Counted from the first letter of the stretch, positions 29,863-40,867 are shown. The stretch: 64,000 bases of DNA from Candidatus Woesearchaeota archaeon (GCA_964354405.1 CAYGZP010000001.1:84879-148878), one strand, 5' to 3'. The notes: generated from the letters alone by a model not told the origin. Numbers and translations: made by a program.

Positions 29863-30822
29863 TTACTTGAAATTCTTTCTTATAGGGGCTATAATTTTCT
29901 CTAGCTGTTCCGCAACTGCATTCTTCAAGTCTAACGGATGTAACTTGCCATCTTTGTAAGTTTTTTCCAACGCAGCATAATTTGAAAATTCCAATGTTCC
30001 CCCAAACTTCGCAGCCCTATCGACTTTAAACTTATCCTTCAAGGGAAAGATAATCAGTCTCGCTATCTCTAAAACAGGATTATTTTCAACCACTTTCTCA
30101 GGACAATAAGCTCCTTGCAATGTTTTCTTTATCTCCTCATAAGAATCTGTCACAGCAATGCCCGAGCCCAAGATAGTTTTACTCATTTTCTCGCCCGGCC
30201 CTTTCAATGATGTTATCAATGGGGTGTGCAGAGCTACAAACTTGTAATCCAGGGCTTTTGACATCTCTTTTCCAATCATATGGACTTTTCTTTGCTCAAT
30301 TCCTCCTAAAGCGACATCAACTCCAAGATATTTGATGTCTACAACCTGCATCAAAGGATACCATAATTGTGAGATTGTTGCGTGTGCTATATCGCGGGCA
30401 ATTTCCTGCATGCTTCTTAATCCTCTATTAATTGTGGATTCCTGCGCGAGTCTCATGACATCCATCTGATACTCTTTGCCGAACTGAAAATCACTCCCTA
30501 AAACTATATCGGCTTTCAAACCAATCGCCTTGACTGTTTTTTTCCACGCGCTAACTTCCTTTTCAATTTCTTTCTCCCCGCCCTTCCTGTTCAAAAAAGC
30601 GTGAATATCAGCCAAGAGAACCTTGACTTTAAATCCTGCTTCGACAAAATCCATAAGTTTAATTATCGTTACGAAATGCCCAAGGTGCATCGGCCCGGAA
30701 GGCTCATAACCGCAATACACAACCGGAGTTTTCTTCTCTTTCAATAGTCTCCTTAGCTCTTCTTCTGTAACAATCTCTTCTGTATTCCTTTTAACAAGCT
30801 GAAACCTCTTTTCAATATCCAT
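29863..30822 (-). CDS. tyrS: Tyrosine--tRNA ligase
   Basis: YCGYEPSG, HLGH, YPLMQ..D, GGIEQ, KMSK, LHPLDLK. Confidence 0.96.
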   Translation of the reverse strand: MDIEKRFQLVKRNTEEIVTEEELRRLLKEKKTPVVYCGYEPSGPMHLGHFVTIIKLMDFVEAGFKVKVLLADIHAFLNRKGGEKEIEKEVSAWKKTVKAIGLKADIVLGSDFQFGKEYQMDVMRLAQESTINRGLRSMQEIARDIAHATISQLWYPLMQVVDIKYLGVDVALGGIEQRKVHMIGKEMSKALDYKFVALHTPLITSLKGPGEKMSKTILGSGIAVTDSYEEIKKTLQGAYCPEKVVENNPVLEIARLIIFPLKDKFKVDRAAKFGGTLEFSNYAALEKTYKDGKLHPLDLKNAVAEQLEKIIAPIRKNFK

Positions 30823-30921
30823 AAAACCCATAAGCAAAGATGTTTTTTATAGTTTTCGAATAAACTCAAACAAAAAGAATAAAAATGCTTAAATCCTGGG
30901 CATAGAAAGAAAAGAGGTAAA

Positions 30922-31353
30922 ATGGATTATATAAATATAATAATAAAACTTCTTGTAGCAGTGGCCTTGGCAGGATTGATTGGATTTGAGAGAGAAACCC
31001 GCAAGACAAAATCTCAAGGAACCGCGGGCTTAAGAACCCACATGTTAGTTGCTTTAGGCTCGGCATTATTGACTTTGATAAGTATCTATGGATTTTCAAA
31101 TGTCTATGGAAGCATCGCGGATCCAGGAAGACTAGTAAGTTATATTATTCTAGGAATCGGTTTTATCGGCGCAGGGACAATAATGGCATTACATGGCCGA
31201 GTTGTTGGATTGACAACCGCAGCTTCAATATGGCTCGTTTCTGCAATAGGCATAGCAGTGATGCTTGATTTATATGTAATCGCAGTAATAACCACATTAA
31301 TCGCTTTGATTATTTTGGAACTTTGGAGATTTGAAAAACACGTTTTAGACTAA
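30922..31353 (+). CDS. MgtC/SapB family membrane protein
   Basis: IGFERE, AGLRTH, GIGFIGAG, GLTTAASIW. Confidence 0.93.
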   Translation: MDYINIIIKLLVAVALAGLIGFERETRKTKSQGTAGLRTHMLVALGSALLTLISIYGFSNVYGSIADPGRLVSYIILGIGFIGAGTIMALHGRVVGLTTAASIWLVSAIGIAVMLDLYVIAVITTLIALIILELWRFEKHVLD

Positions 31354-31359
31354 TTATCT

Positions 31360-31701
31360 ATGGAAACTCGAGCACTGTTAAAACTTTCTTTAGTTGTTGC
31401 CTTAGTCTCCACTTTTATTATAGTTATTCTTGCGAATAATCTCGAGCCGGAAACCAAATCAATAGAAACAATCAATGAAAAATCTTTAGACGAATGGATA
31501 AAGATTCAGGGAACAGTAACTCAAGAGACAAATATAGAAACTCTTAAAATTATAACAGTCAACGACGGCACAGCAAGCATAAACTGCATTCTAAGACAAA
31601 AATCAGACTCTTTCAAAGACAAGCGAGTCGAAATCTTGGGCAAAATTATTGATTACAAGGGCGAATTGGAGATAGAGATAAGCAGGATAAGAAATTTGTA
31701 A
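31360..31701 (+). CDS. Membrane-anchored OB-fold protein
   Basis: N-terminal TM; VNDGTASI, GKIIDYKGELEI. Confidence 0.75.
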   Translation: METRALLKLSLVVALVSTFIIVILANNLEPETKSIETINEKSLDEWIKIQGTVTQETNIETLKIITVNDGTASINCILRQKSDSFKDKRVEILGKIIDYKGELEIEISRIRNL

Positions 31702-31702
31702 A

Positions 31703-32899
31703 ATGCTTGAGCAAATTTTTATTGCGATTTTCATTGGCATAATCGCCGGGGCTTTCACAGGACTTTTTCCAGGAATCCACATAAATCTTGTTGCGTTGTT
31801 ATTATTTGTATTATCCTCTTTCTTCCTGCAATTCACAACCCCTATTGTCTTAGCAACTTTCATTATAACAATGTCCATAACCCACACTTTTCTTGATTTT
31901 GTTCCTTCTGTTTTCTTGGGCGCACCGAACGAAGATACTGTGTTAAGTGTTCTACCTGGCCATAGGATGCTTATGCAAGGCCAAGGCTATAGTGCAATAA
32001 AATTAACAACAATTGGCGCGTTCTTCGGGGTTCTCATCGCCATCGCGTTAACTCCAATATTTATTGTAACTGCTCCCTTATTTTATCCCTTCCTTGTTAA
32101 GATAATGGCTTTCTTATTAATTGCAATTGTAGGATTTTTAATCTGGCAGGAAGAAAAGAAAATGTGGGCTTTCATTATTTTCGCGCTATCAGGAATTCTT
32201 GGCTTAGCAACAATGAACTTGACAACAATAAAACAATCTTTATTCCCATTATTCTCAGGATTATTTGCTATCTCTCTCCTTACAATGAGTTTTCTGCAAA
32301 ATGTTCATCTTCCAAGACAAAAAATCAAAAAAATAAAGATTGAGAGAAAAGAAACTGTAAAAACTCTTGGATTGAGCATCATCGCCTCGAGTTTAGTATC
32401 ATTTTTGCCTGGTGTGGGCTCTGCCCAAGCTGCGACAATAGCCTCGGCATTGAAAAAATTTGATGAAAAGATGTTTCTTGTGCTTCTTGGGGCAGTCAAT
32501 ACAATAACCATGCTTTTGAGCTTTGTTGCGCTATATGCTATACAAAAGCCGCGAAGCGGAGTTGCCGTATTCGCAGGAAAGTTCTTGCCTTTTCTTAATC
32601 TACAGCAATTAGTTTTCTTGCTTCTCGCTGGTTTAATTGCCGCGAGTGTTTCAGTTTTTCTCTCATTGTTCTTTGCCCGGGTGTTCTCAAAAGGCATAGT
32701 AAAAATAAATTACAAGTGGCTCTGTCTTTCAATAATAATTTTCATAACAATTCTCTCGCTCATCCTTTCAGGCCCATTCTCATTACTCATTCTTATTGCG
32801 GGGGCATCTATAGGAATCGCCACAAGTCTTATAGGAATAAAAAAAATCCACATGATGGGCTCGCTGCTATTGCCAGTGATTGTCTACTATCTTTTCTAA
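31703..32899 (+). CDS. TctA-like (DUF112) transporter permease
   Basis: GLFPGIH.N, FLGAP, VLPGH motifs; many TM helices. Confidence 0.88.
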   Translation: MLEQIFIAIFIGIIAGAFTGLFPGIHINLVALLLFVLSSFFLQFTTPIVLATFIITMSITHTFLDFVPSVFLGAPNEDTVLSVLPGHRMLMQGQGYSAIKLTTIGAFFGVLIAIALTPIFIVTAPLFYPFLVKIMAFLLIAIVGFLIWQEEKKMWAFIIFALSGILGLATMNLTTIKQSLFPLFSGLFAISLLTMSFLQNVHLPRQKIKKIKIERKETVKTLGLSIIASSLVSFLPGVGSAQAATIASALKKFDEKMFLVLLGAVNTITMLLSFVALYAIQKPRSGVAVFAGKFLPFLNLQQLVFLLLAGLIAASVSVFLSLFFARVFSKGIVKINYKWLCLSIIIFITILSLILSGPFSLLILIAGASIGIATSLIGIKKIHMMGSLLLPVIVYYLF

Positions 32900-33075
32900 T
32901 GGCCATAATTAGTTATTTGATAAATGGTTTTTTCAATAAGATTATTTGCCCATACATATTTGAAAAAAAGATATAAAAACGCCACTAAACTTATGGCGAT
33001 TCCTCCGATTACAATTCCAGTTGTTAAAGAATCTAAATCTTTGTTTTCTTTATTAGTTTTGTCTTCTAAATTCAT
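32896..33075 (-). CDS. Small single-TM protein
   Basis: Short ORF with one hydrophobic helix, directly downstream of DP2. Confidence 0.45.
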   Translation of the reverse strand: MNLEDKTNKENKDLDSLTTGIVIGGIAISLVAFLYLFFKYVWANNLIEKTIYQITNYGH

Positions 33076-33122
33076 AAAAATTAAAGGAATTGTTTTATAT
33101 AAATAATTTATCGTGCTAGAAA

Positions 33123-36100
33123 TCAACTCCACTTCTTCAAGTCTTGCTGCTTCTCAGTCTCTTTGCCGAACATGCTTTCAATCGCAGCCTTCACAAGTTC
33201 CAGACTTTGCCGAATGTAAGGAGAGACATTATAATCCTTCGCCAATGATATCGCTGGCTCGAGATATTTAACAATAGAACCTTCTGCAATCGTGAATATT
33301 ATTCTGCCATTACATGTATTTCCATTGTTCAAAATTTTGATGCATTTGCCCGCGAGAGGAGGCCTTCTGTATTTTTCATTACAACTAACACATCTGAACT
33401 GCTGTTGTGTGAATTTGTTGAAGTTTCCCTTGATATCTCTCATAAAGTGCCTGTCGATGATAAGCCTCGCCATGTCTGATTCATCAACTGCTCTCAGTTT
33501 CTTCGCCAAATCCATCTGGCTAAATAACTTATCCTTCATCGTTATGAGAGTTTTATAAGAACTGCATAGAATTCCATCGTTGACATTAGATGTCTGGTGG
33601 GTGTAGTACAGGTTTCGGAAAGCATCAAACTCCCCGCCATTCCTTATTCTGTCGCTAATCTGTTCAATCTTGATCGTGTTCGGCATCATTTCTTTCTCAG
33701 CTGCCATATAAAGTTCTAAAGGATATTCTTTAACAATATCTATATCAAAAATCATGTCATCAACTTCAGCGGGCCTTATTCTTGCATTCAAAATCAATGG
33801 AGCATCTTGTGTTGCTCCTCTATGTGCGGGCAGATATTCTCTTGAGAAATTTACCAAAGCATCAAGAAGCAAGATTATTGCAGCTTCATCTCCATCACAA
33901 TCTCTTCTCATCGCAGCATGCATGTAAGGCGATGCCAAGAAACCCTGAGTTTTGCTGAATCCGATGATTCTTCCAACAACCCCTGCACAATTATGCGGTG
34001 CCATGCACAAAGTTAAATGCCCAACTAAATCCTCTTTCTTCTTCAGATTGTAAAAAGCGGGCAAGCCATAAAGATTTACAAGAAGAGAATCAACAAACTT
34101 TGCTACTTTAAAAAAAGTTTCGTCCGCAGGCTCGTCAGAAGAAGCATCTGCACAAGGCAAAAGAATATCATGGGGCATAATCTCTAAAATCTGATTCTCA
34201 TGTTCCAATTCTTTGCCAAACATATCTTTTTTGTAGCCCAATGCTTTCAATTTCTCTATTGGAACATTAATCTCGCATGGTTTGAACTGCGTTATTGGAG
34301 TTTCACTAGCATCATAACGGATTGTTCCATCTTTATTTACATGTATATTCAACAATGCTCGCAAAATTCCTTTGCCGAGATGTTCAGGGGTGTGGTTCAC
34401 AGAACTCGTTCCTCTGACTCCCTTAACTAGTGCCGGCAGTTCTTTCTGATTCAATAACTTGACGGCAGAATCAAAATAATGTTTTATATCGATGTTTCTC
34501 TCGTGATATGTTCTCGCCTTGCCATGTAAGGGACAAGATTCACTCAATAAGTTCTTCGAACATTGATGACAGTAATAAAGTTGCTTTGTTTTATTGCCAC
34601 AGTTCTCACAAATATAATAAACTGTTTCTTTTTTGCAGTTTTCACAGAAATATATTGGGAAATCTGCCTTGACATGCCCCTTTTCCATCGCGGCCATCAT
34701 GCTTCGAAGTTTCCCTCCTTCTTCTCCTACAGGAAACAATACATGCGGTGAGCCAGTTAACTCGCGAGGCTTTGCTTTCTCAGGCCTTCCCATCCTCGAA
34801 CCGATAAAAGTTCCTGCTTTATCCTTAATTTTAAGCTTTGAAAAGGAGTTTACAATCTCCAAAACATTCTTTTGCTGTATTTCTTGTCTTTCTTTTTGCA
34901 ACTTTTCATGAATTTCCGAGACATTATTAAAATTTTTCATCTCAGAGTCTAACCCCAAATTCACTGCCAAAGCACTTGCTTCGTTTTTTTCTATGACAAC
35001 ACTTGCTGTCGCAACTTGATGCTCAACTCCAAGTAGCTCTAACGCTCTTTTTGCAACGGCGAGCTCCTCGCGTCTATGGGTTTCGTAAGGCAAATCTATT
35101 TTACCGTCGCGGATTGTTGCTTCAGTAAACCATTTCATCAATTCAAAAAATTGTTCAAAATTTATCTGGCTCCAGAAAAAAATGTATTTTGGATAAAGCG
35201 CCAAGTTAAACAACGCGCTTATTTTTATCGCATCTTCGAGTGAAGGCGCTCTTCTATCAAGATATTGTAAAGATTTTTGGATTGATTCGAGCTCTTGCTG
35301 GCTTTTTCCCTGCAGCATTTCAGGATTAGAATACTTAGTCGCAATTTCTTTCAGTTCAGCCAGCCACCACTCTTCATTATACCCGCAAGGCAACAGCGGC
35401 TGATTTCTGTTGAAAAAATCTCCGTAAGTTATGAGGATATCTCCGCTATACAAAATCTCTTGAACCTTATTATCAATCTTGTCAGCATCTTCTCTTGCAT
35501 TGACTTTCAAAACTGAGCCGTCTTTTAACTTGACTATTGGTCCATCGATATCATCACAAACACCAACAGCCGCGGCTTTCATTGGTTTTTCCAACTTAAG
35601 TTGCGTCGCAGCAGCAATAAATCCATTCAGCAGTTTCATCGTCGCAGGATGCAGAGCAACAGCACTATAGCCGCTATATCGAGATCTCCCATATCTCAAC
35701 CTGAACGCACCTGAATAAGATGGATGCCCAAAGATTGGCCTGCCTGCCACAGCATCCTGGATATAGGTTCCTGTAGCTGCTTGTTTTTTCTCTTTAATCA
35801 TTTCTTTCTGCATGTTCACGAAGTCTTCAAGAAAATCCCAATCAGGAAGTTTGAATCCCCTTGTCCTAAGTTTTTGGACAATCTTCAATAGCTTGGGAGC
35901 TTTTTGCGTCAATGATTCGCCGATTACAAGACAAACCCCATTTCTTAATCTGTCTGTATGAACCCGCTCTAAATCCTTGTAATTTGAAACTTCGCGCTCT
36001 TCAGAAGGCAGTCCCTCAATCTGTATCGGCAAGTTTCTCACGAAAAAATCAATCTCTTTCTCCGACGGCAAATACTGCAAGTTAGTAATTCTTTCATGAT

Positions 36101-36674
36101 AATCATAAAGTTCTGTGATGGTTCTTTTTATCTCGAGTTCTGTGGGGTCATATTTTGCATATCCAAACATATTTCTTAGATAATCTATAATTACTACTGC
36201 AAATGCCGCCGCTGTTGTTCCCGCACTTCTTATTGGCCCAGAAAAGAATGCGGCCCAGTAATCTTCTCCTTTCTTTGTCTTGCGCACTTCATAATGTGTA
36301 AAACCTTCTAGAGGAGGAACGACAACCCCTAATGTATAATAAGCAAAAGCAACTCTTATGCCCGCGTCTATTGCTTCCAACAAACTTTGGAACTTACAGA
36401 ACTTTTCCTTTGCAATCTCTTCTGCAATCTTCAAGCACACAGCATGATCTAAGAATCCATACTCTTTTTCTAACTCGCGGATTCGAGTCTCGACTTTTTC
36501 ATTGTTGACTTGAGGATACATTGTCCCGACTAATGCCATGGTTCTTTGTGCAAGATTTGTTGCAAGAGAGATTTCAACAACAGACTTGGGATCATATCCT
36601 TTTGCTCTTGCTTGCTTCGCTATATCATAAAGTTCATGCGTTCTATCCTGGATCTCCTTGAAATATTGCTGCAT
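33123..36674 (-). CDS. polC: DNA polymerase D large subunit DP2
   Basis: GPIRSAG, RMGRPEK, RRDCDGDE catalytic motif, zinc fingers, C-terminal PIP-like QQDLKKW. Confidence 0.97.
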   Translation of the reverse strand: MQQYFKEIQDRTHELYDIAKQARAKGYDPKSVVEISLATNLAQRTMALVGTMYPQVNNEKVETRIRELEKEYGFLDHAVCLKIAEEIAKEKFCKFQSLLEAIDAGIRVAFAYYTLGVVVPPLEGFTHYEVRKTKKGEDYWAAFFSGPIRSAGTTAAAFAVVIIDYLRNMFGYAKYDPTELEIKRTITELYDYHERITNLQYLPSEKEIDFFVRNLPIQIEGLPSEEREVSNYKDLERVHTDRLRNGVCLVIGESLTQKAPKLLKIVQKLRTRGFKLPDWDFLEDFVNMQKEMIKEKKQAATGTYIQDAVAGRPIFGHPSYSGAFRLRYGRSRYSGYSAVALHPATMKLLNGFIAAATQLKLEKPMKAAAVGVCDDIDGPIVKLKDGSVLKVNAREDADKIDNKVQEILYSGDILITYGDFFNRNQPLLPCGYNEEWWLAELKEIATKYSNPEMLQGKSQQELESIQKSLQYLDRRAPSLEDAIKISALFNLALYPKYIFFWSQINFEQFFELMKWFTEATIRDGKIDLPYETHRREELAVAKRALELLGVEHQVATASVVIEKNEASALAVNLGLDSEMKNFNNVSEIHEKLQKERQEIQQKNVLEIVNSFSKLKIKDKAGTFIGSRMGRPEKAKPRELTGSPHVLFPVGEEGGKLRSMMAAMEKGHVKADFPIYFCENCKKETVYYICENCGNKTKQLYYCHQCSKNLLSESCPLHGKARTYHERNIDIKHYFDSAVKLLNQKELPALVKGVRGTSSVNHTPEHLGKGILRALLNIHVNKDGTIRYDASETPITQFKPCEINVPIEKLKALGYKKDMFGKELEHENQILEIMPHDILLPCADASSDEPADETFFKVAKFVDSLLVNLYGLPAFYNLKKKEDLVGHLTLCMAPHNCAGVVGRIIGFSKTQGFLASPYMHAAMRRDCDGDEAAIILLLDALVNFSREYLPAHRGATQDAPLILNARIRPAEVDDMIFDIDIVKEYPLELYMAAEKEMMPNTIKIEQISDRIRNGGEFDAFRNLYYTHQTSNVNDGILCSSYKTLITMKDKLFSQMDLAKKLRAVDESDMARLIIDRHFMRDIKGNFNKFTQQQFRCVSCNEKYRRPPLAGKCIKILNNGNTCNGRIIFTIAEGSIVKYLEPAISLAKDYNVSPYIRQSLELVKAAIESMFGKETEKQQDLKKWS

Positions 36675-36705
36675 TTTTTATCTTTTTTATTTTTTCTTAG
36701 TTAAA

Positions 36706-38256
36706 TCAACTGAAATCCATCACGCTGACTTTTCCTGTTTTTAAATTTAATATTGGAACCTTGCAAGGATCTGGCTCGTGCCCGAATTTTTCTTGATAAG
36801 CTGTCTTGCTCTGCCAGCACGAGCACGAAATCGTCAAAATATTGTTGTAATGCGAAACAGCACTTTTGTGGATATGTCCAACAACAAAAATATCAGGAAT
36901 CATTCTTAGCACAAGATAGTCTTTTTCTGAAGGATAGTAAGTTGTGGAAGTGTGTGAAGGCGCGAGATGCCTTTTATTCAGAAGGAAGTGACTAATCATA
37001 TCGGGTTTTAGTTTTGCGTTGTTGAGTCTCAACACATCAACTACATCCCCATAATAATCATAGGAATCTCCATGATACATCAACACATCAAATCCCTGAA
37101 AGTTTTTTGTCTGTCCGATTCTTATAACCGATGGATTGACTGTAAGCATAACATTTTCCATTGCATTCAGCTCAGGCGCGAATTCCTTTGGAATCTTTGG
37201 CTGTGGCTCTACCTGCCTCACAGCGTCATGCTTTCCCCCCGCGCACATAATTATTGTAACATCTTTTCTTATTCTTCCAAGATGCTCTGCCAAAAGCCTA
37301 TACTGTTCCTTGACATCTTTGATATTCAATTCTTTCTCTTGTTTAGGATGAACCCCCACCCCATCAACATTATCTCCGGCAATGAAAAGATATTTTACTT
37401 TTTTTGCCATCTCTTTCTGCTGTTCCGAACCCACATTTCCGTTAAGCCAGTCAATAAATTTCAGAAAATTATCCTCGAGAAATCTTACTGAGCCGAGATG
37501 AATGTCAGAAGTAAACGCAACATATTCCTCTTTTGGCGAGAACTTTTTTTCTTTCGCGAGATTTGGAAAAATTACATCATTAACAAATAATATTTCTCGC
37601 GAACCCGCCCCTGTGATAGCGATAACCTCATCTAAAACTATGCTCTGCGCTTTTTCAAACAGTTCTGTCTTGTCTTTATTGATTATCACCGGGATTTTTC
37701 CTGTCATATCCTCAATTTCAATCAGAAGATTTTTGTTTTTTGTGACTCTTATATCGTAAACCATCCCAATGATGGAAATCATTCTTCTCTGCCCTGATAA
37801 TTTTCCGATGCTGCTCAATCCTTCTATCTCCCTCTCCTGTAAACAAATCTTCAAAACATTGTATCTGTCTCTAAAATACTTGACAAAATCTTCTACAGTT
37901 ATCTTCTTTGCAGGAAATTCATGAGAATCAATAACCACCGCGTTCCTTTTCCAGTCAAATGGTATTTTCGTCGGCTCGCTCTTAACTTTAATTTCTTCTG
38001 TCACATCCAAAGAAAACGCTTTTTTTATTCTCTCCAGCTGCTCTAGACTAAAACTACCGAAGTTTCCTGATTCAAGATTTTTTACAATTTCATGTATATT
38101 TTGATAAATTAAATTCTTTGTGATAAGTTTTGGTGGGTTCAGATTAAGAAGGATTTTTGCCAGAGGAATCTCGGCAAAGGGATCTTCCAAGAGTTTTGCG
38201 ATATCGTTACCTACAAGATAGCCTTGCGACAGCAACAACCTTACATCTTCTTTCAT
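36706..38256 (-). CDS. polB: DNA polymerase D small subunit DP1 (proofreading exonuclease)
   Basis: OB fold (IEDMTG), SDIHLGS, AGDNVDGVG, YHG, RHLAP, GHIH. Confidence 0.96.
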   Translation of the reverse strand: MKEDVRLLLSQGYLVGNDIAKLLEDPFAEIPLAKILLNLNPPKLITKNLIYQNIHEIVKNLESGNFGSFSLEQLERIKKAFSLDVTEEIKVKSEPTKIPFDWKRNAVVIDSHEFPAKKITVEDFVKYFRDRYNVLKICLQEREIEGLSSIGKLSGQRRMISIIGMVYDIRVTKNKNLLIEIEDMTGKIPVIINKDKTELFEKAQSIVLDEVIAITGAGSREILFVNDVIFPNLAKEKKFSPKEEYVAFTSDIHLGSVRFLEDNFLKFIDWLNGNVGSEQQKEMAKKVKYLFIAGDNVDGVGVHPKQEKELNIKDVKEQYRLLAEHLGRIRKDVTIIMCAGGKHDAVRQVEPQPKIPKEFAPELNAMENVMLTVNPSVIRIGQTKNFQGFDVLMYHGDSYDYYGDVVDVLRLNNAKLKPDMISHFLLNKRHLAPSHTSTTYYPSEKDYLVLRMIPDIFVVGHIHKSAVSHYNNILTISCSCWQSKTAYQEKFGHEPDPCKVPILNLKTGKVSVMDFS

Positions 38257-38285
38257 TTTTGAATTTTAACGTTACTACAGAAACG

Positions 38286-39566
38286 CTATATTACGAGTGC
38301 TTCTTTCAATACTAAATTAATTTTTTCTACTAAAAATGCAGGCAAATCTATTCTTATCTCTCTTGTTCTGCCGTAACGCCCCTTGCTTATAACTTTAGCA
38401 TTAATTATGCCCTGCATATCAAATTGCGCGATAATATCACTTACTCTTCTCTGAGTAAGATAATCCACCTTGAATTTTTTACAAAGTTCCCGATATAAAT
38501 TATAAATATCTCCTGTAAACAATGCCGCGTCTTTCCTTTCATGCATAGTTTTCTTGAAGAGTTCTATTATAGACATCAAAACGAGCTGAAATTGCTTTGG
38601 TTGCATCTCCACAGCAACTAAAATTTTCTCTGTTTCGATTTTTTCATTTGCTCTATCTATGTATTCTAATGTTATCTTGCTCTTACTGTCTCTCTCTACT
38701 AACTCTCCAGCGATTCTCAATAAATCTAAGGCCCTTCTCGCGTCTCCGTGTTCTCTCGCAGCAAATGCCGCACATTTTTCAACAACCCCGTCACCGATTA
38801 CCCCGCTCTTGAAAGCCCCCCTTGCCCTTTCTTTCAAAATGTCTTGAAGCTGCAACGCATTATATGGAGGAAAAAGCATTTCCTCCTCGCTCAAAGAGCT
38901 TCTAACTCTAGGATCCAAAGATTCTAAAAATTTCAAATCATTAGAAATTCCGATGATGCTTATCTGCGCATTGTTCAATTCGTTGTTTAATCTAGTAAAA
39001 TTATAAAGGAACTCGTCTCCGATTCTTTTGACAGCTTGGTCAATCTCATCAAAAACCACAATTAACACCTGTTTTTTGTCATCAATTAGACTCATAAATC
39101 GATGGTAAAGCTGATCAGTAGGCAACCCCGTAGCTGGAACCTTATCCCCTAATTTTCTAATCAGCTCAGCTAATATTCTATACTCAGTATCAGAAACTTT
39201 TTTTAGTTTGCAATTGATAAAAGGAATCAAAAGGGTTATATTCTGCTCCTGTGCTTTTTTCTGTAGTTGTTTTTTAACATATTGTAATACAAGTGTCTTT
39301 CCTGTCCCAGTCAAACCGTAAACAAAAAGGTTGCTCGGTTTCTCAAGTCTCAAACTTGGCGCGACAATAGCGGCAACTTGGGAAACTTGTTTATCTCTAT
39401 GCGGGATGTTCTCCGGGGTATAGTTAGTCTGTAAGATTATTTTGTTTTTGAATATGGTTTGTTTGATAAAAGAATCGAAAATCTTGTTTATGCTATTTCC
39501 CTTCTCATCGTTTCTTCCTTCTTTCCCTTCGTTTTTTCCGTTTTCCCTTCCTTTTTTCTTCTCCAT
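38286..39566 (-). CDS. cdc6: Orc1/Cdc6 replication initiator
   Basis: GLTGTGKT, FDEID, GDARRALDLL, wing SKGRYGRTR. Confidence 0.97.
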   Translation of the reverse strand: MEKKKGRENGKNEGKEGRNDEKGNSINKIFDSFIKQTIFKNKIILQTNYTPENIPHRDKQVSQVAAIVAPSLRLEKPSNLFVYGLTGTGKTLVLQYVKKQLQKKAQEQNITLLIPFINCKLKKVSDTEYRILAELIRKLGDKVPATGLPTDQLYHRFMSLIDDKKQVLIVVFDEIDQAVKRIGDEFLYNFTRLNNELNNAQISIIGISNDLKFLESLDPRVRSSLSEEEMLFPPYNALQLQDILKERARGAFKSGVIGDGVVEKCAAFAAREHGDARRALDLLRIAGELVERDSKSKITLEYIDRANEKIETEKILVAVEMQPKQFQLVLMSIIELFKKTMHERKDAALFTGDIYNLYRELCKKFKVDYLTQRRVSDIIAQFDMQGIINAKVISKGRYGRTREIRIDLPAFLVEKINLVLKEALVI

Positions 39567-39626
39567 CTTTTTGATTTTCCCTCGATTTTTTCAAATTTTT
39601 CTGAAATATCGTCGTGCTAAAGCGAA

Positions 39627-40005
39627 CACCCCCACACCTACATTTCCCGTGGAAAGTTAGATTGCCCTGAACTTTAAAAACCTTTGTCCTCACGAAACAA
39701 TAATAAAACCTACATTGCATATGGAATTTCGGTTTTTCGTTTTTCTCCTGCTTTACGTTTGTAATCTTTCCCCTTAGCCTTTTGAATTCTCCAAAGATAA
39801 ATTAAAAATGAAGGTTCAGAAAAAACCCAGAATAAAAACAAAAAATGAGAAAAACTATAATATAATAATAATATAATAATAATATAATAATATAATATAT
39901 ACTATACTATACAAAAATTTATAAATAAACTGTCACAAACCGAAAAACGGGTTGGTTTTTAAACCTTCGTGATTTTTCTCCATCGGCAATGGGAGGGTGG
40001 GGGTG
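39627..40005. promoter_or_regulatory. Replication origin oriC: inverted ORBs flanking an AT-rich unwinding element
   Basis: Minus-strand TTTCCACGGGAAATGTAGGTGTGGGGGTG (39627-39655) and TTCCATATGCAATGTAGG (39709-39726); plus-strand CTCCATCGGCAATGGGAGGGTGGGGGTG (39978-40005); (TAA/TATAA)n tract ~39856-39910; directly upstream of cdc6. Confidence 0.88.
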
Positions 40006-40117
40006 TCCACTTTTATTCAAAATTCTAGGAATCTCGCCAGAAAGTTGATTTTCAACACTATCATAACAAAAGAGAAAAATTTATAAATAACTCGGGGTTG
40101 AATTTAATAATTATAAA

Positions 40118-40378
40118 ATGGCATTAGAAAAACGACCCGCAAAAGAACTTGTAGGAAAATTGGTTGTGACAAAAGAAGGTAAGCGAATCGGCATTGTGAA
40201 AGATATGACTTTTGAGACGAGAAGCGGCGAGCTCATACAGATAGTGATTACAAATGCGACATCTTATGCTGGATCTCTTAATCTAGAAAAGGGAAAAGCC
40301 GGTGAATTGTTCATTCCATATTCTTCAATTATGGCAATAGGCGACTTTGTTGTAGTTGGCGAAGAAGACATGAGATAA
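40118..40378 (+). CDS. PRC-barrel domain protein
   Basis: LVGKLVVTKEGKRIGIVKD...IPYSSIMAIGDFVVV. Confidence 0.9.
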   Translation: MALEKRPAKELVGKLVVTKEGKRIGIVKDMTFETRSGELIQIVITNATSYAGSLNLEKGKAGELFIPYSSIMAIGDFVVVGEEDMR

Positions 40379-40414
40379 ATTCACTAACACTTTATTTTTG
40401 TTACATTTTTGAAA

Positions 40415-40849
40415 ATGGTAGTTATAGGTTTTAATTTAAAAAAAATTCTTGTTGAAAGGAAAGCTCCTGTTCGCGGAGAAGTTAAAGTCAATACCAAGAT
40501 GAACATAACCAATATCAAAAAAGAAGAAGTAAAACTTACCGCAGGCAAGGATGTTATCAATTTTGATTTTGATTTTATGATTAACTATGTTGGCGTTGCC
40601 AATCATACAGGCAATGTGGCCGAGTTATCATTCGAAGGAAATGTTCTTTATCTCGTTGATCCAAAAGACACGAAGAAAATAATTGATGACTGGAAGAAGA
40701 AAGAGATTCAGGAAGAAGTCCGAACGAAAGTTCTTAACACAATCCTGGCTAAATGCAACCTGAAAGCACTAGTTCTTGAAGATGAACTTGGGCTCCCCTC
40801 GCATCTGCCAATGCCGCGATTAGGGAAAAAGGTAGAAAAGAAGAAGTAA
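40415..40849 (+). CDS. Conserved archaeal hypothetical protein (SecB-like topology possible)
   Basis: Beta-rich N-part, C-terminal 'ELGLPSHLPMP'. Confidence 0.7.
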   Translation: MVVIGFNLKKILVERKAPVRGEVKVNTKMNITNIKKEEVKLTAGKDVINFDFDFMINYVGVANHTGNVAELSFEGNVLYLVDPKDTKKIIDDWKKKEIQEEVRTKVLNTILAKCNLKALVLEDELGLPSHLPMPRLGKKVEKKK

Positions 40850-40867
40850 AGAGAAAGAAAAAATAAA

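Noticed and set aside
39442..39720. Short ORFs over the cdc6 upstream region
   Set aside because: They overlap ORBs and the cdc6 start; low-complexity translations.
39856..39910. TAA/TATAA microsatellite as a separate repeat element
   Set aside because: Better explained as the unwinding element of oriC.
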